Shown: one piece after another, positions 40,498 through 50,809 of the stretch
Numbering within the stretch: position 1 is the stretch's first letter
Layout of the letters: every line of letters starts with the position of its first letter
From: Pseudomonadota bacterium
GTDB lineage: Bacteria; Pseudomonadota; Gammaproteobacteria; Xanthomonadales; Rhodanobacteraceae
Length of the DNA: 58,219 bases
Direction: 5' to 3'
Assembly: GCA_021780735.1 (NCBI GenBank)
Contig: JAJXYE010000240.1
Span: 1-58,219, forward strand
Made by a program: the position numbers and the translations under genes
The notes under the pieces: model-generated
Seen by the model: only the letters and a program-made list of their open reading frames with translations
Told to the model about the DNA's origin: nothing
Databases searched by the model: none

Positions 40498-40581
40498 ATG
40501 GCACGTGCAGCCGTGTCGCCGGCCGGCACAACTCGCTGCCCGCGCCTTGAAACCGATCTCGGCGATTCCCTTTCAACAATA

Positions 40582-40595
40582 TGACAGCGCTGTCA
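40582..40595. promoter_or_regulatory. LacI-type operator B
   Basis: Perfect TGACAGCGCTGTCA upstream of the sugar porter. Confidence 0.78.
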
Positions 40596-40739
40596 CATCA
40601 GCAAGCATAACGCGTCCTTTTCATCCACGGGAACACCGATCACGAGGCACGGCCGATCGCCTGGCTGGCCGCTTCCGGCGGCAGGTGCACCATCCATGCG
40701 CATCACATGGCGCACGCCCAGTCACCGCGCCGGTTCGAC

Positions 40740-42578
40740 TCATTCGGCCGCGTTGATCACCGCAAGGAAGTCGCGCCCGTAACGCTTGAGCTTGGCCTCG
40801 CCCACGCCACTGATCGTGGCCAGCTCGTCCTCGTTCGCCGGCAGCGCCCGCAACATCGCCAGCAGGGTGGCGTCGTGGAACACCACGTACGGCGGCACGC
40901 CATGCTGTCGGGCCAGTTGCGTGCGCAAGGCGCGCAACTCGTCCCACATCGGCTGCTCGTACGCCTCGATGCCGAGACTGCCGCCACTGCTCTTGTCGCC
41001 GGTGATCAGCTTGCTGTCACGACGGCGACGGCTGCCGCGCTCGGGGCGGGCGTCCTCGCGCAACTTCACCAGCTGGCCGCCGCTGAGCACGCTGCGGCTG
41101 GCAGCGGTCAGCCGCAGCGTACCGTAGCCTTCGGCGTCGGCCTCGAGCAGGCCGGCAGCCAGCAGCTGGCGGAACACCGAGCGCCATTGCTTCTCGTCCA
41201 TCTCCGCGCCGATGCCGAACGTGCTCAGCCGATGGTGATCCAGACTCCGCACGCGTTCGGTCTCCTCGCCGCGCAGCACGTCGATCACGTGGCCGGAGCC
41301 GAAGCGCTGGCCGGTGCGATAAACCGCCGACAAGGCCTTCTGCGCCGGCACCGTGGCATCCCAGGTCTTTGGCGGCGCGATGCAGTTGTCGCAGTGGCCA
41401 CACGAACCCGGATAGGTTTCGCCGAATGCACCCAGCAGCAGTTCACGGCGACAACCGGTAGCTTCGGCATAGGCCAGCAGCGACTCCAGCTTCTGCCGCT
41501 CGACCCGCTTGCGTTCGTCCGCCGATTCGGACTGCGCGATCATCTGGCTCATGGTGACCACGTCGGACAGGCCGTAGATCATCCAGGCCTCGGCCGGCAA
41601 GCCATCACGGCCGGCACGACCGGTTTCCTGGTAGTAGCCCTCGATGCTGCGCGGCAGATCCAGATGCGCCACGAAGCGTACGTCGGGCTTGTCGATGCCC
41701 ATGCCGAACGCGACCGTGGCCACCATCACCACGCCCTCCTCGCGCAGGAAACGCTTCTGGTTCTGCACGCGGGTCGCCGCATCCAGCCCCGCGTGATACG
41801 GCAAGGCCTCGATGCCGGACTCGGCCAGCCACTGCGCGGTGTCGTCCACCTTGCGCCGGCTGAGGCAGTAGACGATGCCGGACTCCCCCTGGTGACCGAG
41901 CAGGAACTCGCCCAGCTGGCGTTTCGCATTGTGCCGCAAGCCGACCCGGTAGCCGATGTTTGGCCGGTCGAAGCTGGAAACGAACTGGCGTGCCTGCTGC
42001 AGCGACAGGCGCTCGACGATCTCGTCGCGGGTACGCGGATCGGCCGTCGCGGTAAGCGCTATCCGCGGTACGGCGGGAAAGCGCTGGTGCAGGATCGCCA
42101 GCTCGCGGTACTCGGGCCGGAAATCGTGGCCCCACTGCGACACGCAATGCGCCTCGTCGATCGCGAACAGGGCTACCTCGGTACGCTCGAGCTGGGCCAG
42201 GAAGCGTCCGGTCAGCAACCGCTCCGGCGCCACGTAGAGCAGGTTCAGCTCGCCGGCCAGCAACTGCCTTTCGACCTCGCGCTGGTCTTCGGCGCTCAGG
42301 CTGGAGTTGAGAAAGGCTGCCGCCACGCCGGCTTCGCGCAGCGCATCGACCTGATCCTGCATCAACGCGATCAGCGGCGACACCACGATGCCGGTGCCCT
42401 GCCGCAGCAGGGCCGGGATCTGGTAGCACAGCGACTTGCCGCCGCCGGTCGGCATCAGCACCAGCGCGTCGCCACCGTCACTCAGATGGTCGACCACGGC
42501 CTGTTGCTGGCCGCGGAAACTGGAGTAACCAAAAACGCTTTGCAGAAGCTCGAGGGCAATTGAATTCATCGACGACAT
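40740..42578 (-). CDS. recQ: ATP-dependent DNA helicase RecQ
   Basis: [38 protein letters not shown], Zn-binding CGHCDNC, HRDC tail. Confidence 0.97.
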   Translation of the reverse strand: MSSMNSIALELLQSVFGYSSFRGQQQAVVDHLSDGGDALVLMPTGGGKSLCYQIPALLRQGTGIVVSPLIALMQDQVDALREAGVAAAFLNSSLSAEDQREVERQLLAGELNLLYVAPERLLTGRFLAQLERTEVALFAIDEAHCVSQWGHDFRPEYRELAILHQRFPAVPRIALTATADPRTRDEIVERLSLQQARQFVSSFDRPNIGYRVGLRHNAKRQLGEFLLGHQGESGIVYCLSRRKVDDTAQWLAESGIEALPYHAGLDAATRVQNQKRFLREEGVVMVATVAFGMGIDKPDVRFVAHLDLPRSIEGYYQETGRAGRDGLPAEAWMIYGLSDVVTMSQMIAQSESADERKRVERQKLESLLAYAEATGCRRELLLGAFGETYPGSCGHCDNCIAPPKTWDATVPAQKALSAVYRTGQRFGSGHVIDVLRGEETERVRSLDHHRLSTFGIGAEMDEKQWRSVFRQLLAAGLLEADAEGYGTLRLTAASRSVLSGGQLVKLREDARPERGSRRRRDSKLITGDKSSGGSLGIEAYEQPMWDELRALRTQLARQHGVPPYVVFHDATLLAMLRALPANEDELATISGVGEAKLKRYGRDFLAVINAAE

Positions 42579-42691
42579 GCTAGCAAACCGGCCAGACGCC
42601 GGGTCGAAAGCGATGTCGGAATACGCCGATTTCCTGGCCGGCAGAGCAGGCAATCCGACGTAGGGGCGAGTGCCGCGAAAGTCCTTGTGGC

Positions 42692-43033
42692 TCAGTCCCC
42701 GGGCATGCCCCACAACGCGCGATCCAGATCGCCGTCCAGCCCGAAGCGTGACAGCGGCACCCGGCCATTTATTACTTCCACGCCCTCGGCACGCAGCAAC
42801 CGGCTTTGTTCGCGGAAACCGCGGCTTTCCGGCGCGAACGCAAGCTGGCCGCTGGAGCGCAGCACCCGGAACCAGGGCAGCTGCATGCCATCGGGCACCT
42901 CACCCAGCAACCGACCGACCAGGCGGGCCCGCCCCGGCAGACCGGCGCGGGCGGCGATCGCGCCGTAACTTGCAACCCGACCGCGGGGGATCGCCGCAAT
43001 CGCGGCATACACGCGCTGGTGGCTTTCGATCAT
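42692..43033 (-). CDS. Alkyltransferase-like (ATL/YbaZ-type MGMT family) protein
   Basis: [23 protein letters not shown] (Trp at the catalytic Cys position). Confidence 0.88.
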   Translation of the reverse strand: MIESHQRVYAAIAAIPRGRVASYGAIAARAGLPGRARLVGRLLGEVPDGMQLPWFRVLRSSGQLAFAPESRGFREQSRLLRAEGVEVINGRVPLSRFGLDGDLDRALWGMPGD

Positions 43034-43114
43034 GTGCATCCACCTCGGTTTGACGGGACTTGAACAGGTAGACGTGGCAGAGTAGCAGCGCCCCTCACCA
43101 GCGGAATCCGCAGC

Positions 43115-43519
43115 ATGCGTCACTTTGAAGCCGTGCGATCGCACATCGGCAGCGAGCACCAACTGCACCACAACGATCCCTACCTGATCAGTTTCGATCT
43201 GGAACTGGCGCGCGAACGGTATCAGGGCATCTACCTGGCGGAACTGGAGGGTGAATCCGGCCGGCGCTACCTGCGCGTGTCCACCCCTATCGGCCCGCTT
43301 TCAGGCACTGATCCGATCCGCTGCCTGCGCTTCAACTGGCAGCAGCGCACCGGCTTTCTGGCCGTCGCCGACCTGGACGGCTCGCCCTACCTGCACCTGT
43401 GCGAAAACCGCCTGTACGAGTTCCTCGACGCGGTGGAACTGGAACGGGTGATAGGTGAGCTGGGCACGCTGGGAGACCAGCTCGAGCAAGTCATCGCCAC
43501 TGGCGACGATACGCTCTAG
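43115..43519 (+). CDS. Hypothetical protein (possibly YbjN/CesT-like fold)
   Basis: Clean ORF with host-like codon use. Acidic C-terminal GDQLEQVIATGDD. The fold is a guess. Confidence 0.7.
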   Translation: MRHFEAVRSHIGSEHQLHHNDPYLISFDLELARERYQGIYLAELEGESGRRYLRVSTPIGPLSGTDPIRCLRFNWQQRTGFLAVADLDGSPYLHLCENRLYEFLDAVELERVIGELGTLGDQLEQVIATGDDTL

Positions 43520-43679
43520 AAGCGTGGGCGGCAGAAATCTTTGGGCTGCGATGGTGCTCTCATCCATGGGCCACGCCTCTCGTCGGGCTTGCATGGAATA
43601 ACCATGCGCACCCTCCGACAGACGCGTCCCATGGCGATAGCTCCATCTCGCTATCCAGAGTTTGTACCGCCCACACTCC

Positions 43680-44460
43680 TTGGACAGCAGCCGGAGCAGC
43701 GTCACCAGGGCATAGGCCAGCAAGGCGGTCACCGGCAGGGTCAGCACCCACGCCCGTACCATGCGTCCGACCACCGACCAACGGATCGCGTTGAATCGCT
43801 TTGCCGCGCCAACGCCCATGATCGACGCCGACACGTTGTGCGTTGTCGACACCGGAATGCCGAAGAGCGAGGCGGTCAGGATCACCAGGGCAGAACTGGC
43901 TTCGGCAGCAAATCCATTGATCGGGTGCAGCTTGACCATCTTGTGGCCGAGCGCCTTGATGATGCGCCAGCCGCCACCGGCGGTGCCGGCAGCCATGGTC
44001 AACGCGGACACCCCCTTCACCCAGCCGGGGATGGCAAAGCCACCGACCGGGTTCTCGGCGATGCGCAGGAAATCCAGCCAGGCCGGCAGCGGATCGAACT
44101 GATGCGCGGTGGTGGCGCCGGCCAGGGCCAGCGCGATGATGCCCATGCTCTTCTGCGCGTCGTTCATGCCATGCGCCACGCCCATCGCCGTGGCGGAGAC
44201 GATCTGCGCCTTGCTGAAAAAGGGCATTGACGAAGGGAGTGCGCCCCAACCGGCGCGACCAGCCGTGGCGGTTTGCGAACCACGCCAGCAGTGCGTAGAG
44301 CGCGCCCATCAGCAGGATGCTGATGACAAGACCGGCAGCCGGCGAATGCACCATCGGAATGACCACCTTGGGGATCACGCCATGGCTCTTGAGCCAGCTG
44401 CCCTGCTTCCGGATCACCGCCGTGAAGTTGCTGCCCGAATCGGCGATCGCCGCCATGCGC
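43680..44460 (-). pseudogene. pit: Inorganic phosphate transporter (PiT family), truncated and frameshifted
   Basis: AHGMNDAQKSMG and PVSTTH motifs present. +1 frameshift near 44222-44224. N-terminal half absent and native stop apparently lost. Confidence 0.85.
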
Positions 44461-44585
44461 GCGCTGCGGGTCGCAGGAACATCGGGCAGACCCGAATGGA
44501 CGGTCGACCCGGCTGCAACGTCGCCTTGAACGCGGCCCGGCATCGCTTACACTGTGCCCATGCACCCTCCGCCACCATTGCCGCG

Positions 44586-45908
44586 ATGCTGACCGAAATC
44601 GCGCTCGTGTTCGTGCTCTCCCTGTGCAACGGCTTCTTCGCGCTGTCGGAGATGGCGCTGGTGGTATCGCGCAAGAGCCGCCTCAAGCAGATGGCCCGAA
44701 CCAGCCGCAAGGCCGCGCTGGCCCTGCGTCATGCCGAGGCACCGGAATACTTCCTGTCCACCGTGCAGGTCGGCATCACCATGGTCATGCTGATCACCGG
44801 CGCGGTGGCGGGCGATGCCCTGGGCACGCACATTGCCGAAGCGCTGCAGGGCGGCAACCTGGCCTGGCTGGTGCCCTATGCGCGCATCGTCGGCATCGTG
44901 CTCGGCTTTGTGCTGATTTCCTTCATCCAGGTGGTAATCGGCGAGCTGGTGCCCAAGCGGCTGGCGCTGGCGGCACCGGAATTGCTGTCGTCCTACGTCG
45001 CCATACCGATGCTGGTGCTGTCACGGATTACCGCGCCGTTCGTGTGGCTGCTGAACCATTCCAGCAACCTGTTGCTGCGGCTGCTGCGAGTCAGGCAGGG
45101 CAGCAGCGGTGTGGTCACCGAGGACGAGATTCGCCTGCTGGTCGCCGAGAGCGCCGAACAGGGCGTGCTCGATCCCGATGAGCACAACATGGTCAACCGC
45201 GTGCTGCGCCTGGGCGATCGCACGGTGGACAGCGTGATGACTCCGCGCATGCGCATCGCCTGGCTGGACATCGCCGCGCCGCGGGAGGAGAACATCGAGG
45301 TGATGCGACAGACCCCGTATTCGCGCTACCCGGTCTACCGCGGCGACGAGAGCGAGGTGGTCGGCGTGGTCGAGGTCAAGCTGATGCTGCACAGCTTCGC
45401 CGAAGGCAGCCCGGAGCTTTTCAGTCATCTTTCCCGGCCGCTGTTCGTGCCCGCTGCCGCCCGTGCACTGGATCTGCTGGAGGAGTTTCGCGACGCCGAG
45501 ACGCCGCTGGCGCTGGTCGTCGACGAGTACGGCGACATCGAGGGCGTGGTCACCGTCAACGACCTGCTGGCGGCCGTGGTCGGAGCCAGCCAGATCGGTC
45601 ACGCCGGCAGCGACGAAAGCGGCCCGATCGTGCAGCGTGCCGACGGCAGCTGGCTGATCGACGGCAGCCTGTCCACCGACGACCTGCGCGAACTGCTGCG
45701 CATCAGCGAGCTGCCCGGCGAGCAGGATCACGATTTCCGCACGGTCGCCGGCATGGTCATGACCGCGCTGGGTCATGTGCCGCAAACCGGCGAAGTGTTC
45801 GCCTGGCGTGGCATCCGCTTCGAGGTGGTCGATCTCGACGGTGCGCGCATCGACAAGCTGCTGGTCACCCCGGCGCCCTCGCTTGAACCGGCCGACGACG
45901 AAATGTAG
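44586..45908 (+). CDS. HlyC/CorC (CNNM-CBS) family transporter
   Basis: NGFFALSEMAL, GELVPK, VMTPR, YSRYPV, VVDEYG, CorC tail. Confidence 0.92.
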   Translation: MLTEIALVFVLSLCNGFFALSEMALVVSRKSRLKQMARTSRKAALALRHAEAPEYFLSTVQVGITMVMLITGAVAGDALGTHIAEALQGGNLAWLVPYARIVGIVLGFVLISFIQVVIGELVPKRLALAAPELLSSYVAIPMLVLSRITAPFVWLLNHSSNLLLRLLRVRQGSSGVVTEDEIRLLVAESAEQGVLDPDEHNMVNRVLRLGDRTVDSVMTPRMRIAWLDIAAPREENIEVMRQTPYSRYPVYRGDESEVVGVVEVKLMLHSFAEGSPELFSHLSRPLFVPAAARALDLLEEFRDAETPLALVVDEYGDIEGVVTVNDLLAAVVGASQIGHAGSDESGPIVQRADGSWLIDGSLSTDDLRELLRISELPGEQDHDFRTVAGMVMTALGHVPQTGEVFAWRGIRFEVVDLDGARIDKLLVTPAPSLEPADDEM

Positions 45909-45975
45909 GAGCGCACCCTGTGCGCGAATGCGCTGGGCCGCGACGAGAGTCATCGCGCACAGGGTGCGCTCCTAC
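45905..45975. repeat. GTAG-family REP doublet (REPIN)
   Basis: GTAGGAGCGCACCCTGTGCGCGA at 45905-45927 and its exact reverse complement at 45953-45975. Confidence 0.88.
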
Positions 45976-46742
45976 ATGGGCTTGCCTTTGCCCCTGGCCA
46001 GATCCGCCATGCGCTGGGCATCGGCCAGAATGCCGTGCAGTACCCGCAGCTCGCGCTCATCCATCTGCGCGCGCTGAAACAGCTTGCGCAGGCGCAACAT
46101 GATCGTGGTCGGCGCGCGGCCCTTGTGGAACTCGATGTCGTCCAGGGTCTGCGCCAGATGCTCGTAGAACCGTTCCATCTGCGCGGCATCGGCCGGCAGT
46201 TCCTCCGCTGCCGGCGGTGCCGCCGCCGGCGTCTCCTCGAGCATCGCCACGCGCAACTCGTAAGCCATCACTTGCACCGCCTGCGACAGGTTGAGCGAGC
46301 TGAAATCGTCCACACTGGGAATCCGCACCATCGCGTGGCAACGCGCCAGTTCCTCGTTCTCCAGCCCGCTGCGCTCGTTGCCGAAGACCAGGGCGACCTG
46401 CTCGCCACGCGAGGCTGCCGCCAGCACCTGGGCCGCTGCCTCGCGCGGCGACAGTTCGGGCAGGGTTATTCCGCGCCGGCGCGCCGACAGCCCCAACGCC
46501 AGATTGCAGCCGGCCAACCCGTCGACCAGCTCGGCGTGCACGCCGGCCCGGGCCAGCACGTCATCGGCACCAGCCGCCAGCGCGCTGGCCTCGCGATCCG
46601 GGAAACGTGCCGGCGCCACCAGCTCCAGCCGCTCGAAACCCATCGTGCGGATCGCTCGCGCGGCGCTGCCGATATTGCCCGGATGCGAGGTACGCACCAG
46701 CACGTGGCGGACGCGGGCGGCAAGTTCAGCGATGGCGGTCAT
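45972..46742 (-). CDS. trmJ: tRNA (C32/U32-2'-O)-methyltransferase, SPOUT family
   Basis: TSHPGNIGSAARA, VFGNERSGL, SSLNLSQAV. Divergent from suhB. Confidence 0.9.
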   Translation of the reverse strand: MTAIAELAARVRHVLVRTSHPGNIGSAARAIRTMGFERLELVAPARFPDREASALAAGADDVLARAGVHAELVDGLAGCNLALGLSARRRGITLPELSPREAAAQVLAAASRGEQVALVFGNERSGLENEELARCHAMVRIPSVDDFSSLNLSQAVQVMAYELRVAMLEETPAAAPPAAEELPADAAQMERFYEHLAQTLDDIEFHKGRAPTTIMLRLRKLFQRAQMDERELRVLHGILADAQRMADLARGKGKPM

Positions 46743-46885
46743 GCGGTAGCCGGTTGGAAAATCGCCGCCTAGGATAGCGGATGCGCCGCCCCGACCAACC
46801 AGCCCGGCCGGCATTGCGGGCCGGCACGGGCCGCCTCTGCTAGAATCGCCGACCGCAACCCCGCTCTCTTCCAAAGTCGAAACCC

Positions 46886-47689
46886 ATGGCCCGACCCCAC
46901 GTCACGATCGCGGCGCGCGCCGCCCGTTCCGCAGGCAATGTGATCCTGCGCTACATGAACCGCATCGACGGCCTCAACATCGTCGAGAAGCAGCAGATGG
47001 ATTTCGTCTCCGAAGTCGACAAGCTGGCCGAGGCGGAAATCATCAAGGAGCTGCGCCGCGCCTATCCCGACCACGCCATCCTGGCCGAGGAAAGCGGCGC
47101 GATCGGCAAGGGCCCGCTGCAGTGGGTGATCGACCCGCTCGACGGCACCCACAACTACCTGCGCGGCATCCCGCACTTCAGCGTGTCCATCGCCCTGCTG
47201 GAAAAGGGCGTGCCGATCCATGCGGTGGTATTCGACCCGCTGCGCGACGAGCTGTACACCGCCAGCAAGGGCGACGGCGCCTACCTCAACGACCGCCGCA
47301 TGCGCGTCAGCAAGCGCGAGAACCTCGGCGGCGCAATGATCGGCACCGGCTTCCCGTACCGCCAGCGTGAGCATCTGGTGGCACAGCTGGACATGACCCG
47401 CGCACTCCTCGGCCAGGCCGAGGATATCCGTCGCTCCGGCTCCGCCGCGCTGGATCTGGCCTACGTCGCCGCCGGCCGCTACGACGGTTATTTCGAGATC
47501 GGCCTGAAAGCCTGGGACATGGCCGCCGGCGTGCTGCTGGTGCACGAAGCCGGTGGTCGCTATTGCGACTTCGCCGGCCGCGACGGCATCCCCGCCAGCG
47601 GCAACATCATTGCCGGCAACCTCAATGTGGCCAAGGCGATGGTCGATGCGATCGGGCAGCAGGCGACTCCGGCGTTGCTCAAGGCCTGA
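46886..47689 (+). CDS. suhB: Inositol monophosphatase family protein SuhB
   Basis: WVIDPLDGTHN, RRSGSAALDL, WDMAAG. Confidence 0.95.
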   Translation: MARPHVTIAARAARSAGNVILRYMNRIDGLNIVEKQQMDFVSEVDKLAEAEIIKELRRAYPDHAILAEESGAIGKGPLQWVIDPLDGTHNYLRGIPHFSVSIALLEKGVPIHAVVFDPLRDELYTASKGDGAYLNDRRMRVSKRENLGGAMIGTGFPYRQREHLVAQLDMTRALLGQAEDIRRSGSAALDLAYVAAGRYDGYFEIGLKAWDMAAGVLLVHEAGGRYCDFAGRDGIPASGNIIAGNLNVAKAMVDAIGQQATPALLKA

Positions 47690-47799
47690 GCATAGCCAGG
47701 TGGCTGCTTGAATGAAGGCGCCCAGTGGCGCCTTCAGTTTTCTTCCAGTCACCGTGCCTTGCCGGTCACATCGGAGAAAGCCGGGGCACAGCAGCAAAA

Positions 47800-48501
47800 T
47801 CAGCCAGCGCCGGCGTCACGCAGAAAGCCCCGCAAGAACGGCACCGTGATCCGCCGTTGCGCCGCCAGCGACGCCTGATCCAGTTTGTCCAGCAGATCCA
47901 GTAGCGCCCCGAGATCCCGTGCATAGCGGGCAAACAGCCAGTCCAGCACGCTGTCGTCCAGCTCGATGCCGCGCGCGGCAGCCTGCGCCTTCAGCACGGC
48001 GCGGCGTTCGTCGTCATCGAGCGGCTTCAGCGCGAACTGGGTGCAGGCGCCAAGACGCGAGCGCAGATCAGGCAGCTCGACGCCGAGTTGCGCTGGCGTG
48101 GTGTCCGCCGCGAACAGCAGGGCGCCGCCTTCAGCACGGGTGCAGTTGTACAGGTCGAACAACGCGTGCTCGGCTTCGCGCCTGCCCGCGATGGCGCCGA
48201 GGTCGTCCAGTGCCAGCAATTCGCTGCCGGCGACGCCACGCAAGGCGGCGGCCTGGTCGGTGATGGCAGCCAACGGCAGGTACTGTGCGCGCCGGCCGGC
48301 CGCCGTCGCTGCCTGGCAGGTCGCCAGCAGCAAGTGGCTGCGACCGCTGCCGCCGGAACCGTGCAGGTAGATCCACGGTGCGCCGCGCTCGATGGCCAGC
48401 GTGCTTGCCGCGGCCAGCGCAGGCGCGTTGGCACCGGCATGGAATTGCTCGAAGCGCTGGCGACGCGGCCAGCGCAGAGCCAGCGGCAATTGCGCAGTCA
48501 T
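47800..48501 (-). CDS. hda: DnaA regulatory inactivator Hda
   Basis: N-terminal QLPL clamp-binding motif, GSGRSHLL, DLRSRL, synteny with purM. Confidence 0.92.
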   Translation of the reverse strand: MTAQLPLALRWPRRQRFEQFHAGANAPALAAASTLAIERGAPWIYLHGSGGSGRSHLLLATCQAATAAGRRAQYLPLAAITDQAAALRGVAGSELLALDDLGAIAGRREAEHALFDLYNCTRAEGGALLFAADTTPAQLGVELPDLRSRLGACTQFALKPLDDDERRAVLKAQAAARGIELDDSVLDWLFARYARDLGALLDLLDKLDQASLAAQRRITVPFLRGFLRDAGAG

Positions 48502-49670
48502 GGGGCGGCCCGATCGTCCTGCGGCGGAGCGGCGGGCGCAGCGGTCGCCACTTCAGCATGCCCGGCTTCCTTGGCCCGGACTTCGGCGACCACCGGGTCG
48601 TCCGATCGGGCCTCGGTATAGAGCTCGCTCAAGCGATAACGCTCCAGCAGATAGCGCAGCAGCACCATGATCACCGAAGCCGCCGGCAAGGCCAGCAGCA
48701 CGCCGAGGAAGCCGAACAGATAGCCGCCGGCCAGCACCGCGAAAATCACCGCCACCGGGTGCAGGCCGATCTTGTCGCCCACCAGCTTGGGCACCAGCAC
48801 ATAGCCTTCCAGCAACTGGCCGAGCATGAATACGCCGCAGACCAGCAACAGGTGGAACCAGTCGCCATACTGCACCAGCGCCGCAATGATCGCGGCGACG
48901 AAGCCGACGATGAAGCCCAGGTACGGCACGAAACTGAGCAGACCGGCGACCATGCCGATCAACAGCCCGACGGAGAGTCCGACCAGGCCCAGGCCGGTGC
49001 CGTAGAAAACGCCCAGCGCCAGCATCACCAGCAACTGGCCACGCACGAAGGCGCCAAGGATGTGATCGGACTCGCGCGCCAGGTGGGCGATGGTCGGCTG
49101 CAGCGAGCGCGGCAGCATGCGGTCGACCGTGGCCACCAGCCGATCCCAGTCGCGCAGCAGGTAGAACGCCACCACCGGAATCAGCACCAGGTTGGTCAGC
49201 CACATGGCGATGCCCACACCCGAGCGCGATACCTTGCCCAGCACGACCGAGGCCACGCCGCCGATCGAGCCGATGTGGGTCTTGAAGGCAGCCAGCAGGC
49301 TGTCGCTGTCGAAGGTATGCGGATCCAGGTGCAGCCGGGCCTGCAGCCACGGCCAGGCCACATTCTGCGCCCAGTCGCCGTAGCGCGGCAGGTTGTCGAG
49401 CAGGTTCTCGACCTGACGAGAAATCAATGGTATGAGCAACAGCAGGATACCGATGACGACGATCAGCAACACCACGAAGACGATCGCCGCCGCCCAGATG
49501 CGATTGAGCCCGAGCCGCTGCAGCCGATCGGCCAGGGGGTCACCCAGGTAGGCCAGCATCGCGGCAACCGCGAACGGCATCAGCACCGGCCCCAGCAGCC
49601 AGATCAGGTAGACGATGACCGCCGCGATCGCCATCAGCTGCCAGCGGCGAGACCGCTCCTGGGCATTCAT
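48498..49670 (-). CDS. AI-2E family transporter
   Basis: FYLLRD, FVRGQ, FVPYLG, LHPV, ALPAA. Confidence 0.9.
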   Translation of the reverse strand: MNAQERSRRWQLMAIAAVIVYLIWLLGPVLMPFAVAAMLAYLGDPLADRLQRLGLNRIWAAAIVFVVLLIVVIGILLLLIPLISRQVENLLDNLPRYGDWAQNVAWPWLQARLHLDPHTFDSDSLLAAFKTHIGSIGGVASVVLGKVSRSGVGIAMWLTNLVLIPVVAFYLLRDWDRLVATVDRMLPRSLQPTIAHLARESDHILGAFVRGQLLVMLALGVFYGTGLGLVGLSVGLLIGMVAGLLSFVPYLGFIVGFVAAIIAALVQYGDWFHLLLVCGVFMLGQLLEGYVLVPKLVGDKIGLHPVAVIFAVLAGGYLFGFLGVLLALPAASVIMVLLRYLLERYRLSELYTEARSDDPVVAEVRAKEAGHAEVATAAPAAPPQDDRAAP

Positions 49671-50659
49671 CAGTGCGCCTGCAGCCAGCGCAGGTTGGCA
49701 TCGGCGCCGGCATGCGAATCGCCCTGCAGCAGCAACCGCCCGCCGGCGGCGAGACTTGCCGCCAACGCAGTCATCGGCACCGAGGCCTTGACGCCCAGCA
49801 GCACGCCGTCGTTCTGCGCGCCCAGGGTGATCACTTTCTGGACGGATGGGTCGGCATCGAGCGTGGCCAGCAGGCTGGCGTAGTCGGTCGCCGACTGCAG
49901 CCCGCTGACCCACAGCTTGCCTTCGTTGGCGCCAGCGCCAATCACGTTGAGCTGCTTGCCGAGCCGATCGACCAGGCCGTTGCCGGCATCGCCGAGAATG
50001 GCGGCCGCACTGGTGCCGCCGTTGCTCCAGTGCTGCACCTGTCCACCGGAGATCAAGGTCCAGTCGGCGGCGGCGCCATGCATCTGGCCCAGCAGCACGA
50101 GGCCGGTGTGGTATTGCCGGTTGATCGCCGCCAGGGCAGCCGGGTCGGCAGCGGCCAGCTTGCCCGCATCGAGCGAGGCGGGATTGTCGGGATAGATCAG
50201 GCTGGTGCCGCGCGCAGCGGCGGCGGCGGCCAGGCTGCCCAGCGCCTGGCGGTCGAGCTGGCTGCCGTCAGAACCCTGCACCAGCACCAGCACCGGCGGC
50301 TTGATGCCGGCACTGGCGACACCGAGCCTGGCGACCAGTTGCCGCACGGAGGCGGGCGCAAAGTCGACGTCGAGCACCAGTCCGGTCGCCGCCTTCTGGT
50401 ACTGGAATTTCTGCACCATCGCGCCGGCGCCAGCCAGGGCATCGGCATACCCGGGCTGGCTGCGCAGATCCTGGCCGCCGGCAACCCGTGTCATCACCTG
50501 GCCCAGCGCCGTGGCGAAGGCCTGGTCGCGCTGCGCATTGGTGGTGTCGGTGACCGGCACGGTGACCGAGTAGGGGGAGCCGGAAGACTGCGCATGCAAT
50601 GCGGGCAGCGCGGCGAGACCCAGCAGCAGGGTGACGATCAACAGGCGGGAGAGGCGCAT
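49670..50659 (-). CDS. DUF2066-type exported protein
   Basis: Signal peptide, ALGQVMTRVAG, position between purM and the AI-2E/hda genes. Confidence 0.75.
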   Translation of the reverse strand: MRLSRLLIVTLLLGLAALPALHAQSSGSPYSVTVPVTDTTNAQRDQAFATALGQVMTRVAGGQDLRSQPGYADALAGAGAMVQKFQYQKAATGLVLDVDFAPASVRQLVARLGVASAGIKPPVLVLVQGSDGSQLDRQALGSLAAAAAARGTSLIYPDNPASLDAGKLAAADPAALAAINRQYHTGLVLLGQMHGAAADWTLISGGQVQHWSNGGTSAAAILGDAGNGLVDRLGKQLNVIGAGANEGKLWVSGLQSATDYASLLATLDADPSVQKVITLGAQNDGVLLGVKASVPMTALAASLAAGGRLLLQGDSHAGADANLRWLQAH

Positions 50660-50809
50660 GGACACGGGTGTCTTTGGTGGAAAGCTCGGAGAAGTCTGCC
50701 CAATTGCGCCCCCAGCGTCCATCCGCCGTGCCATCGAAGTGACCGCAGCCACCGGATTCGACGGCGCATGCTGCTAAACTAGCGCGTTCATTCCACGCCG
50801 GTTTCCGCC

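Noticed and set aside
44215-44225. Programmed frameshift in pit at CTTTTTC
   Set aside because: The gene is also 5'-truncated and lacks its stop, so decay is the simpler explanation.
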